From the NCBI GenBank assembly GCA_963665235.2, contig CAXXLX010000001.1, positions 2,880,001 through 2,944,000 of the forward strand: a DNA stretch of 64,000 bases, written 5' to 3'. Source of the DNA: Candidatus Poribacteria bacterium (lineage in GTDB: Bacteria; Poribacteria; WGA-4E; WGA-3G). Position 1 is the stretch's first letter, and each line of letters begins with the position of its first letter. The notes beneath the pieces were generated by a model. It did not search any database and was not told the origin of the DNA. It was given only the letters and a program-made list of their open reading frames with translations. Shown here piece by piece: positions 30,493 through 40,271 of the stretch. The translations under genes and the position numbers were made by a program.

Positions 30493-31265
30493 AAACATTG
30501 AGTTTACGTGTCCGCTACTTTCAAGATAGCACCCCGGTCGATGTACCGTGCCGTGAAACAGCCTTCATCCGCCGGGAGTTTGAAATGCCGTTGCCTATTG
30601 AGGAAACTGCCCTAATCCTCGTCGATTTATGGAACGTGCATTTCATTGAAAGCTGGATTGAACGGGCAAAACGGGTTACAACAGAATGTGTCGTGCCGGT
30701 GTTAGACGCGGCACGACAGGTTGGCATGACAATCGTGCATGCACCGTCACCCTCGGTAGCGGCGCAATATCCACAGCTTGAACGACATAAACCGCCTGAG
30801 CCCGGTGTTCCTTCGACGTGGCCCCCTCCCGATTTCCGAAGTCGGTCAGGCGACTACGCTGTTTATCGTGGACCGCGCAGTCAACCGCCCGGCATTGGTA
30901 TCCACTGGGACAAACTCGCCCCGCAACTCTCTATCTCCCCCGCAATTGATGTACAAGAGGATGAATTTGTCATCGCAACGGGACAGCAGCTGCATGAACT
31001 GCTTGAGGAACGGCATATTTTGCATCTGCTTTTTGCTGGTTTCGCAACAAACTGGTGTGTATTAGGCAGGGATTACGGCATCCGTTCCATGGCGCGATAT
31101 GGTTATAACATCGTGCTGTTCCGAGATGCCACCACAGGCGTAGAATTTCCTGACACCTACGACAATCTCTTCACAACAGAGATTGCTATTCGGGAGGTAG
31201 AGCAGCAATACGGGTTTAGTGTATCAAATGCCGATTTCTTTCAGGCGGTTGAAGGACTCCTATAA
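30489..31265 (+). CDS. Isochorismatase-family cysteine hydrolase
   Basis: ALILVDLWN, AGFATNWCV, RDAT. Confidence 0.75.
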   Translation: MKTLSLRVRYFQDSTPVDVPCRETAFIRREFEMPLPIEETALILVDLWNVHFIESWIERAKRVTTECVVPVLDAARQVGMTIVHAPSPSVAAQYPQLERHKPPEPGVPSTWPPPDFRSRSGDYAVYRGPRSQPPGIGIHWDKLAPQLSISPAIDVQEDEFVIATGQQLHELLEERHILHLLFAGFATNWCVLGRDYGIRSMARYGYNIVLFRDATTGVEFPDTYDNLFTTEIAIREVEQQYGFSVSNADFFQAVEGLL

Positions 31266-31295
31266 TTCACAGCACAGCCCAAAACGTAAATCCTT

Positions 31296-31462
31296 GTAGG
31301 AGTGTGCTGTGTTTGCGACTCTTCTCTTATGTAGGAGCGAGCTGTGCTCGCGATATTTGTAGGAGCGAGCTGTGCTCGCGATATTTGTAGGAGCGAGCTG
31401 TGCTCGCGATATTTGTAGGAGCGAGGCGCGATATTTGTAGGAGCGAGCTGTGCTCGCGATAT
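31296..31462. repeat. Tandem 28-bp GTAG-REP array (GTAGGAGCGAGCTGTGCTCGCGATATTT), ~5-6 units
   Basis: Units at 31331, 31359, 31387, 31415 (internally deleted) and 31437; degenerate unit at 31296. Confidence 0.85.
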
Positions 31463-31565
31463 TAAGGCGCGGGCTTCTCACCCGAATACTAGAGGAACAT
31501 TTATACATCTATCATCTATAAAGTGAATCTATCCAACTAAATGACCCTTTACCTATAAGGAGCCA

Positions 31566-32786
31566 ATGATGTCAAAAAAACAATTCAAGGTCCGGGCAGC
31601 ACATTGCGATTATCGTGCAACGGAGGAGGAAATATACCAAACACTCCGCCGCATTACCGACCCGCTGACCCGAGCTTGGAAACCGATTGAAACCGCCAAG
31701 AAGGTGGTCATTAAATTCAATATGATGAAACCGCACGAACGGATTATCTACTACGAAGGCCGCCGCCGAGAATTAGTAGACGACGCTGTTTGTCGTGCTG
31801 TCCTACGGTTGCTTAAGGAGCATACGACCGCACAACTCATCGCTACCGATACTAACCCTTACACACATGGGCATCGCATGCCCCCTGGATTCAACTACGA
31901 ATATCATCTCAAAGAATTCGACGTGAAATTCGTCGATTCCAACCTACCTCCGTTTAAGGTTTACGATGTCCCCGGTGGGGGTTCAATGTTCGACCGATAC
32001 ACATTGAGTGCCTGTTTTGACGATGCGGATGCGGTGGTTTCCGTAGCAAAGATGAAAAACCACGCCTTCATGGGAATTACCTTATGCACAAAAAACCTAT
32101 TTGGGTTGCCCCCGATGCTGCTTCCGGAGGGGAGAACGCGCAGCTATTACCATCATCTCATTCGTCTCTCCTATGTTCTACCCGATTTGGCACTCATAAC
32201 GAGGCCGTGCCTCAATATTATTGATGCACTCACAGGACAGTGGGGACGCGAATGGGGCGGCGAAGGCAGAATCTGCAACGCACTCATCGCAGGCGACCAT
32301 CCCATAACAACTGATACCGTCGGCATGCATCTCATGGGACATGACCCCGCTTCCGATTGGCCCACCCCGCCTTTCAAACGCGACCGCAATCACATCCTCA
32401 TCGCCGCTCAGCGCGGATATGGCACTGTCAACCTAGATGAAATCGATTGGGAGAGTGAGGTCACAGCACCGTTAGCCGAATTCGATTCCGTAGAAACAGA
32501 CACTCCAGAAAGGGTTGCCAATTGGCGAAGAACGACGTGTGAACAAGGGATAGTCTATCTTGAAAATCGGAAAAACCTCATCGACCGGTATCGCGGGGAT
32601 TTCATCTACTTGCAGGGCGGCGAGGTAGTCTGGAGCGGGCCCGACCCATCGAATCTCGGCAGCCGTCGCCAACTCAGCGGTGCAAAAAAGGACAGCGCGC
32701 TCTGGCTCAAACTTGTTGACGCGGAGGAACATGAAGGCGAACGTTTCAGCGTTTATGAAGAGTGCCTAAAACCTTTCGCTGCGTAG
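31566..32786 (+). CDS. DUF362-family protein
   Basis: VVIKFN, KMKNH..GITLCTKNLFG, IIDA. Confidence 0.75.
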   Translation: MMSKKQFKVRAAHCDYRATEEEIYQTLRRITDPLTRAWKPIETAKKVVIKFNMMKPHERIIYYEGRRRELVDDAVCRAVLRLLKEHTTAQLIATDTNPYTHGHRMPPGFNYEYHLKEFDVKFVDSNLPPFKVYDVPGGGSMFDRYTLSACFDDADAVVSVAKMKNHAFMGITLCTKNLFGLPPMLLPEGRTRSYYHHLIRLSYVLPDLALITRPCLNIIDALTGQWGREWGGEGRICNALIAGDHPITTDTVGMHLMGHDPASDWPTPPFKRDRNHILIAAQRGYGTVNLDEIDWESEVTAPLAEFDSVETDTPERVANWRRTTCEQGIVYLENRKNLIDRYRGDFIYLQGGEVVWSGPDPSNLGSRRQLSGAKKDSALWLKLVDAEEHEGERFSVYEECLKPFAA

Positions 32787-32936
32787 CGGCACAAGTAACA
32801 AAGTAATTTGTCTCATGGACATCAATTTAGCGTATAGACGGTCCCTACGTCGATTTCTTGTTGATAATTAGACCTCGATATAGTATATTAATTTAAGATG
32901 GTTAGTTCTGTTTTCGATTTTACGTAGGAGAAAAAA

Positions 32937-34586
32937 ATGAGAAGTTTTGGCACTGAGGGACGTGTATATCCTGATGAGCATTATGTTGTGCCGCGCACAG
33001 CAGAAATCGCTGATTTCGTTCAGCGCGTCAAAGCTGGTAAGTATATTGTGCTGTTTGCACCACGCCAGACAGGCAAGACCACCTTTTTCCGATTTGCACT
33101 AGCCGCGCTTGTCGCAGAAGAATCAACCTATTTCCCGATACAGTTGGATTTTCAAGACCTGCGCAATGTCTCACCTGCCACGTTTTACGAGGAGCTCTAC
33201 TACATGATTCGCGAGCAAATAGAAGTTGTTTTCGAACAGCGGGAGGGCGTTCCTTCTGAGGCATTAGCACGATTTTTGGAAAACACCCAGCTAACCAATC
33301 ATCGTTCGATGACACGATTCTTTAAACAATTGCAGCATCTGTTGCAAGCACCTATTGCAAGCATGAATTTACTAGAAGGTGATTCGCATAAACAGGTCCC
33401 AGCATTCAAGCGGGTTGTGCTGTTGATTGATGAGTTTGATGGCATCCCGCCAACTGTCGTGAGCGATTTCCTTTATGCCCTCCGCCGGATTTATCTTTCC
33501 GGTAAACCTCGTTGTCCACACAGCGTTGGTATTGTCGGGGTTAAGAACATCACACAGCTCGACTACGACTCATCTGTCTCACCTTTCAACATCCAAAATG
33601 AGTTCAAATTACCGAACTTTACACTCGAAGAGGTGCGTGAACTATTCGGGCAGTATACGGCAGAAGTCGGTCAAGCCTTCGCACCAGAAGTCATTGAGTC
33701 CATTCATAAACAGACCGTAGGGCAACCCTTCCTTGTTAACCGATTCGGGCAAATACTCACCAAAGAATTAGAGATTCCGAAAACAGAGACGATTACCCTT
33801 GCACACTTTGCGAAAGCACATGCACAGCTACTTAGGGAAAACAACGTCAACCTGCGGCATTTGTCCACCAATATCCGCAGAAACCGCCGTTTTGAAACCT
33901 TCCTCATGCGCATCATGGGGCGAGATGAAGGCGTAGAATTCAACTTATACGATGACGTTATCAGCGAATTAGCCACTTACGGTGTCATTACAAAAGGAGC
34001 TGACGATACGTGTGAAATAGTGAACCCGATCTATCTGTATTGCATCCTACAGACATTCAAACCTGCCGTGAATGGATTAGAGGATGAATACTTCCCCGAA
34101 GACACATCCGACGGTTTTCTACACTACCTCACACCTACAGGAGAGATTGCGTTAGAGGCATTATTGGACAACTTTCGGGATTTCATTGTGCGTGCCGGTT
34201 TCGGGATTCTACAGGTGCCGGATACACCGCGTGAGTCTGTCGGGAGGTTGCTGCTGCTATCCTATCTTGATCAGTTTGTTAAGCTTGTCGGCGGGGTGAT
34301 GCACATAGAGGTCCCAACCGGTCGCGGACAGATGGATTTGCTGATTACGCATGAACAAAAGAAGTATATCGTTGAAACGAAGGTATGGCGCGGGGCGATG
34401 TATTATGAGGCAGGCAAGAAGCAGCTGGCTGCACATATCAAAACAGAGGGTGCAGTAGAGGGATATTATGTCGTCTTTGACCATCGGCGCACACCGAGGC
34501 CACTTGTGGAAACAGAAACGGTTGACGGTATCACAATTCGGAGTTATATCATTCCTGTGATACAAGAACAACCCTCAACTGCCTGA
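32937..34586 (+). CDS. AAA-like ATPase with a C-terminal PD-(D/E)XK-type domain
   Basis: APRQTGKT, LLIDEFD, SPFNI, GQPFLVN; C-terminal GRGQMDL..IVETK. Confidence 0.8.
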   Translation: MRSFGTEGRVYPDEHYVVPRTAEIADFVQRVKAGKYIVLFAPRQTGKTTFFRFALAALVAEESTYFPIQLDFQDLRNVSPATFYEELYYMIREQIEVVFEQREGVPSEALARFLENTQLTNHRSMTRFFKQLQHLLQAPIASMNLLEGDSHKQVPAFKRVVLLIDEFDGIPPTVVSDFLYALRRIYLSGKPRCPHSVGIVGVKNITQLDYDSSVSPFNIQNEFKLPNFTLEEVRELFGQYTAEVGQAFAPEVIESIHKQTVGQPFLVNRFGQILTKELEIPKTETITLAHFAKAHAQLLRENNVNLRHLSTNIRRNRRFETFLMRIMGRDEGVEFNLYDDVISELATYGVITKGADDTCEIVNPIYLYCILQTFKPAVNGLEDEYFPEDTSDGFLHYLTPTGEIALEALLDNFRDFIVRAGFGILQVPDTPRESVGRLLLLSYLDQFVKLVGGVMHIEVPTGRGQMDLLITHEQKKYIVETKVWRGAMYYEAGKKQLAAHIKTEGAVEGYYVVFDHRRTPRPLVETETVDGITIRSYIIPVIQEQPSTA

Positions 34587-34625
34587 TATATAGGCAATCC
34601 GCGCTTTCAGAAAGGAGAATCCCAG

Positions 34626-35378
34626 ATGGCTATCACTGAAGCACAAAAGAAACAACTAGATGAACAGGGATGCATCGTAATTCCAGACGTGCTTTCCGAC
34701 GAAGAGATTGACTTGTACAGAGCCGATATACTGCGATTAGCAGAGCAGGAGAAGCAGGACGGTTCTGCGCTGCGGCACACCGATGGATATGGGCAGCACG
34801 TTCGTTGGTTGCCAAATAAAGGCGAAATCTACGAGCAGTTAGTCGCGCGTCCGAAAGTGATGCCGTTCTTTGAACATCTACTCGGCGCGGATTACACGCT
34901 CAGCACCCTCACCTCCAATATCATTGACCCGGGCGCACCTGATGGCGCGTACCATGTGGATAGTGTGCTTGGAGTCATGCCGGAGCCGCTCCCCAGTTTT
35001 CCTATGGTCGCGAATAGTCTCTGGTTGCTTGACGATTTTACACCAGAGAACGGCGGAACGCGCCATGTCCCCGGTATCCACCGGCAACAAATAAAACCAC
35101 CCCCCGGCACTACACATCACCCGGATGAGGTCCGACTCTCTGCACCGAAGGGCTCCGTATTCCTTTTCAACGGGGCTATCTGGCATTCCGCAGGTGCCAA
35201 CCAGACAGACGAAAAACGGGTCGCGCTTATCTGCTTCTGTTGTCGCTCCTTTATCAAACCGATGTTTGACTTCGTCCATTACCTTGAACCGGAGGTCGTT
35301 GAACGCGCTACACCGACAATGCGCCGAATTTATGGATTCGATTCTCAGCCGAGACCTCCCGATCAGCCGACACAGTAG
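34626..35378 (+). CDS. Phytanoyl-CoA dioxygenase (PhyH) family Fe(II)/2OG oxygenase
   Basis: HVD, DDFTPENGGT..VPG.H, WHSAGAN...R. Confidence 0.9.
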   Translation: MAITEAQKKQLDEQGCIVIPDVLSDEEIDLYRADILRLAEQEKQDGSALRHTDGYGQHVRWLPNKGEIYEQLVARPKVMPFFEHLLGADYTLSTLTSNIIDPGAPDGAYHVDSVLGVMPEPLPSFPMVANSLWLLDDFTPENGGTRHVPGIHRQQIKPPPGTTHHPDEVRLSAPKGSVFLFNGAIWHSAGANQTDEKRVALICFCCRSFIKPMFDFVHYLEPEVVERATPTMRRIYGFDSQPRPPDQPTQ

Positions 35379-35412
35379 CGTTGTCCAAGATTGAAATAGA
35401 GGGCAAAATTGT

Positions 35413-37299
35413 ATGCCTAGTTCGTCCACCCATTTTACGATAAAATTCATTTTAATCTTAGCGATGTTGCTTCTGAATGCCGTACCCGATGTGGACGCTT
35501 TCGCCGAGGAAAACGGGACCGAACAGAATGACCTGCTATCCACTACAACGGAACCTAAATTCCTCATCAGGCAAATTCGTTTTGAAGGGAACAAATCCCT
35601 GAACCGTAAAACCTTGAGTGACACCCTCAATTTGCGAGAAGGGGAACAGTACACCCGCGCCGAAATTATCAACGGTTTTCAACGCCTCCTCGCCGAATAT
35701 CGGAGGGCAGGCTTCGTATTTGCAAAACTAACCCCCGAATCCGTTACAGTGCCAGCAAAACAGAACCATAAATTGGATAGGGCCGAACCAGAACAGGTCT
35801 CAATTCAGGTAAAAATTAACGAGGGAAAGCGGATTCGCATCGGGCAACTTACATTTAAAGGCAATCAACTTTTCTCCCAAACCGATATCCACCGTGAACT
35901 TGACTTGAAACGGGGACAGCTTTTTACTGAAACCGTGCTGCAAGAAGGTATTGACAGAATTCAGGCCTTGTATAGTCAGCAGGGGCACCCTAAAGTTGAA
36001 ATAGAACTCACCGATGTCAAGCTCTCCGCTGAGACAAGCACAATAGATTTTCAATTGCAGATTCGCGAAGGCACAGAAGTACGCCTCAGCGAAATAAAGC
36101 TCAGCGGACTCAAAAAGACTAAAACCCACGTCGTCACCCGGGAAATTCCTGTTAAAGTTGGGCAACGTTTCAATCAGCGCAAAATTGACCAGAGTTATCA
36201 CCGCTTGCGGAACTTAGGATATTTTTACCAGGTGCATCCCAATTTGCTAGAGGCTGGCGCGACAGATGACACAATTATCTTTCATGCCAAGCTCACCGAA
36301 GCGCGCACAGGCCGTTTGAGCGGAATCCTCGGGTACGCACCGCCAGCAGAGAACGTTGACTCTGTCCCGCAACTCACGGGCGTACTAGAGTTACGGGAGG
36401 AAAATCTCATGGGAACGGGCCGCGCAGTCAACATCTATTGGAAATCCGGTTTGCTTAAAACGTTGCGTCTCGGTTACAAAGAGCCGTGGGTATTCGGCAA
36501 ACCTGTAACGCTTGGGGTGGGATATAGTCAACGCAAACAGCGGAACCCGTTTACTGCGGCTGAATCTGAAGAAAAATCGGCAAACGTCAGTCTGGCAACA
36601 GATTTCGGTAGAAGTTTGGCAGCTGAAGTGATGCTCGGTTATAAACAGATTCGGTTTGCTGGTATTCTTTCACCGTTATTGCTGACAACCTCGCTAGATA
36701 CCCAATTTCCTAATGTCAATACACAGACTGAGCAAACCGCTGCACCGGTGGAACGCGGCACAAAATATAGCCTCACGCTTCGCTTCACCCGGGATACACG
36801 CGATTATTTTCTCAATCCAACCCACGGCAGACGCGATAGTATTGCCGTTGAGGTGTCACGGAGCGATTTTAAACTCCGAAAGGTTTGGCTTGACCTCCAG
36901 CAGTATTTTCCGACATGGAAAAATCAGACCATCGCTATTGAACTTCACGGCGCAGCCGCATGGGGCGTTAACATTCCACCGACGGAGCTGTTCTATTTAG
37001 GCGGAGCTAACACGCTCCGAGGATATGATGAGGATTGGTTTTCCGGACCGCGCCGCGCCTATGCCAATTTTGAATATAGACTCCTTATAGGCAGGCAGTC
37101 CCAACTATTCACCTTCGTCGATTTGGGCGCGGTTACACTAAAAGAGCAGCCTGCTGTTTTTGATAAACTACGCGTCGGTTACGGATTTGGCGTACGGCTT
37201 GAATCCAGGGGCGGAATCCTACAGTTAGATTACGGGCTCGCCGCTGGCGACTCCGCACTCCGTGGTAAAATTCACGTGCAACTCGGCGCAGCATTTTAA
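35413..37299 (+). CDS. Omp85 (BamA/TamA) family outer-membrane protein with three POTRA domains
   Basis: Signal peptide, repeated I.FEGN POTRA starts, LRGY motif, C-terminal Phe. Confidence 0.85.
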   Translation: MPSSSTHFTIKFILILAMLLLNAVPDVDAFAEENGTEQNDLLSTTTEPKFLIRQIRFEGNKSLNRKTLSDTLNLREGEQYTRAEIINGFQRLLAEYRRAGFVFAKLTPESVTVPAKQNHKLDRAEPEQVSIQVKINEGKRIRIGQLTFKGNQLFSQTDIHRELDLKRGQLFTETVLQEGIDRIQALYSQQGHPKVEIELTDVKLSAETSTIDFQLQIREGTEVRLSEIKLSGLKKTKTHVVTREIPVKVGQRFNQRKIDQSYHRLRNLGYFYQVHPNLLEAGATDDTIIFHAKLTEARTGRLSGILGYAPPAENVDSVPQLTGVLELREENLMGTGRAVNIYWKSGLLKTLRLGYKEPWVFGKPVTLGVGYSQRKQRNPFTAAESEEKSANVSLATDFGRSLAAEVMLGYKQIRFAGILSPLLLTTSLDTQFPNVNTQTEQTAAPVERGTKYSLTLRFTRDTRDYFLNPTHGRRDSIAVEVSRSDFKLRKVWLDLQQYFPTWKNQTIAIELHGAAAWGVNIPPTELFYLGGANTLRGYDEDWFSGPRRAYANFEYRLLIGRQSQLFTFVDLGAVTLKEQPAVFDKLRVGYGFGVRLESRGGILQLDYGLAAGDSALRGKIHVQLGAAF

Positions 37300-37355
37300 A
37301 AACCAAAAACACCGCGATATTTTTTTTGAAGAAAAATCAAACCGTTCGCAACTAA

Positions 37356-37535
37356 TACCATTTCTAATTGAAAATGTCTCTTTGTAGTAGCATAAACTTC
37401 CAGTTTGTGCGTTTTATCGTAGCATAAACTTCCAGTTTGTGCGTTTTATCGTAGCATAAACTTCCAGTTTGGGTCTTCCGTTCTCCGTTTCATTTCTAAC
37501 AACCGGTAATGATAGAATAATTAATAAAAATGGTA
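37356..37535. mobile_element. MITE family B (180 bp) with three internal 32-bp REP units
   Basis: TAA|TACCATTT...AAATGGTA|TAA; shell identical to 56026-56604. Confidence 0.8.
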
Positions 37536-37671
37536 TAATATAACAGAAAACCAAAACATTTTTGGCAGACAAGCGGTGCGTTTTGCAACTCATCTGATTA
37601 GCCACCGCTATCGAAAGTGTGACATTTCATTTTTTTTGAAATCGTCCAAGGCGATTGTCCAGTGCGGACAA

Positions 37672-38012
37672 ACATAGACGGGGTGTGTGTGCAGACACAT
37701 TCAGCCCCGAAACCCCAATGTTACACTTTGTGTCAAAAGTGTAACTTATGCACCGGAGCAGCCCCAAAAAGTCCGAGGCAGAACGATAAAAAAGTAGGCA
37801 GGACACACAACCGAAATCGGCGGTTGAAATGACACACTTCGTTTTTTTTGTGTTGCGAAAAAGAGAGGGCAAAAACGCTACAAACATAGACGGGGCGTGC
37901 ATTCATGCACATTCAACACCGAAACCCCAATGTTACACTTTGTGTCAAAAGTGTAACTTATGCACCGGTTTTGTACAAAAACTTTACACACGGGTGTGTA
38001 AAGTTTTTGTAC
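37672..38012. repeat. ~85-bp direct repeat pair with internal palindromes, followed by a perfect 19-bp inverted repeat
   Basis: 37672-37756 and 37884-37968 each contain GTTACACTTT-GTGTCA-AAAGTGTAAC; GTACAAAAACTTTACACAC-GG-GTGTGTAAAGTTTTTGTAC at 37973-38012. Confidence 0.8.
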
Positions 38013-38014
38013 TA

Positions 38015-38944
38015 ACGTGAGTTTGGAAAAAATTTTCCCTTAGTATTTCGGCAACCAGCTCGCTCCTTAGGAACGATATCTTTATAGAAGAAGCGCGTTA
38101 GTCCGGACTAGAAGCAGAGGCACACGCCCCAAATCTTAGTCCCATCGGGACGATATCTTTATAGAAGAGGGCGTTTCCGGACTAAATCTTAGTCCCATCG
38201 GGACGCTATCTTTATAGAAGCAGAGGCACACGCCCCAAATCTTAGTCCCATCGGGACGATATCTTTATAGAAGAAGGCGTTTCCGGACTAAATCTTAGTC
38301 CCATCGGGACGCTATATTTATAGAAGCAGAGGCGCACGCCCCAAATCTTAGTCCCATCGGGACGATATCTTTATAGAAGAGGGCGTTTCCGGACTAAATC
38401 TTAGTCCCATCGGGACGATATCTTTATAGAAGAAGAGGGCGTTTCCGGACTAAATCTTAGTCCCATCGGGACGATATCTTTATAGAAGAGGGCGTTTCCG
38501 GACTAAATCTTAGTCCCATCGGGACGCTATATTTATAGAAGCAGAGGCGCACGCCCCAAATCTTAGTCCCATCGGGACGATATCTTTATAGAAGAGGGCG
38601 TTTCCGGACTAAATCTTAGTCCCATCGGGACGATATCTTTATAGAAGCAGGGCGAGCCCCAAATCTTAGTCCCATCGGGACGATATCTTTATAGAAGAGG
38701 GCGTTTCCGGACTAAATCTTAGTCCCATCGGGACGATATCTTTATAGAAGAGGGCGTTTCCGGACTAAATCTTAGTCCCATCGGGACGATATCTTTATAG
38801 AAGCAGAGGCGCACGCCCCAAATCTTAGTCCCATCGGGACGATATCTTTATAGAAGAAGGCGTTTCCGGACTAAATCTTAGTCCCATCGGGACGATATCT
38901 TTATAGGGGTTAGTGCAAACCCACATTTATTATCAAACTCACGT
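38015..38944. mobile_element. MITE family A shell enclosing a 15-unit repeat array
   Basis: Terminal inverted repeat ACGTGAGTTTG/CAAACTCACGT; ends homologous to the elements at 14302 and 19589. Confidence 0.7.
38131..38906. repeat. CRISPR-like tandem array: 37-bp palindromic unit plus ~16-bp linkers of two recurring types, 53-bp period
   Basis: AAATCTTAGTCCCATCGGGACGATATCTTTATAGAAG x15; linkers AGGGCGTTTCCGGACT or CAGAGGC(A/G)CACGCCCC. Confidence 0.9.
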
Positions 38945-39251
38945 TGCACTATGATAAATAGAAGGGTGGATTTCGCGCGTGTTGTCTGAATCTCGGATTA
39001 TCACGGATTACGCGGATTACGCGGATTTTAAGGTGTGTATGCGTTAAGGTTTTGTGATTAAGGGATGTTGTGCTTTTTTTGTCAGAATGCCCGTCGCATT
39101 TGGGCGAGGATGCCGCAAAGTGCGGTGGACACAGCGGACACAGCGGACGCGGAAAAAAGAGGTTTGTTGCTAACATCTACGCATTTTTTGCTGAATCAGG
39201 GAAGGTGGGGAGGCCGGGGCGGAGGCGGAAAGAAGCGGGGTTTGGGTAAAA

Positions 39252-39460
39252 TCTATAACCATATCGCCCCGCTGGGGCTATTTTGTGTTTTGTTTGGGTT
39301 TTCTATAAAGATACCGCCCCGCTGGGGCTAAGAGCCGACTGTTCCCCTCAAGTTACGTTAGGAGGTCGCGTGCGAAGCAGGTTTCTACATAAGATGAATG
39401 TCGGGATTCTAGACAGGTCGAGGGGTGCCAGTCGCGTGCGAAGCAGGCTTCTACATAAGA
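39252..39460. repeat. Two further REP-like units (CTATAA...GCCCCGCTGGGGCTA) and a ~29-bp direct repeat pair
   Basis: Units at ~39253 and ~39303; TCGCGTGCGAAGCAGG.TTCTACATAAGA at ~39366 and ~39432. Confidence 0.6.
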
Positions 39461-39580
39461 CATCGGACTGTTTGTAAAAAAACTTTACACACCCTCCGCT
39501 TGAATTTTTTCAAGAGAATGTGTTATAATATCTATTAAGTTTTACTAATCACGAAATGCTTGTCGGAAGGAGGATATAAA

Positions 39581-40261
39581 ATGCGCCTTGACTTTCAAGA
39601 AGTACTCGATCTGTCCTATGTCGTTGATGAAAAGAGCCCGTGTGAACTACCAATCGATCCGGCCAACATTTATGCACAGGCGACGTTGGAGGAGGATGGC
39701 TACTTTGAAAGCCGTGTCGATATGTCCGGACACTACTCCACACACATGGATGCCCCCTGTTTAATGTACCCCGATGGTGCAACTATCGCTGAAATTCCGA
39801 AGGAAAAACTGACCGGGCATGCAGTCTTGATGGACTTTTCTGCAATTAAAAAACCGAACGACGCAGTGACCGCGGAGGATGTGACAGCCTGGATAGATGA
39901 AAATGGAGAAATACCTGAGGATAGCATCGTTTTTATGCGGACTGGAATGGATAGGTTCGTCTATCAGGACAACTTCAACCGGGAATGGATTGGGTTTAGC
40001 GAAGATGCGGCGGAGCTGCTTGTCAAAAAAGGTATAAAGGTTATCGGAACAGATGCGTGTAGTATTGACGCAGTGGAAGGACATCCGCCATTGCACGATG
40101 GGCTTCCGCCAGCACATCTCGTCTTCCTTGGGGCGGGCATCCCGCACGTTGAAGACCTGTGCAATTTGAGTCTACTCCCGACGCATTTCTACGTGGTAAT
40201 TGCGCCGCTAAAATTGGCGCGTAGCTCTGGTGCCCCCACGCGTGTCTTAGCGTTTGTATGA
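39581..40261 (+). CDS. Cyclase family (kynurenine formamidase-like) metallohydrolase
   Basis: DLS, HYSTHMDAP, GTD..SID, E.L.NL, GAPTR. Confidence 0.85.
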   Translation: MRLDFQEVLDLSYVVDEKSPCELPIDPANIYAQATLEEDGYFESRVDMSGHYSTHMDAPCLMYPDGATIAEIPKEKLTGHAVLMDFSAIKKPNDAVTAEDVTAWIDENGEIPEDSIVFMRTGMDRFVYQDNFNREWIGFSEDAAELLVKKGIKVIGTDACSIDAVEGHPPLHDGLPPAHLVFLGAGIPHVEDLCNLSLLPTHFYVVIAPLKLARSSGAPTRVLAFV

Positions 40262-40271
40262 AAAAATAGCC

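Noticed and set aside
31260-31508. 82-aa ORF with internal repeats
   Set aside because: It is a translation of the 28-bp REP array
38131-38906. CRISPR array
   Set aside because: Linkers are only ~16 bp and recur as two types, there are no cas genes, and the unit belongs to a dispersed REP-like family (14340, 39253)
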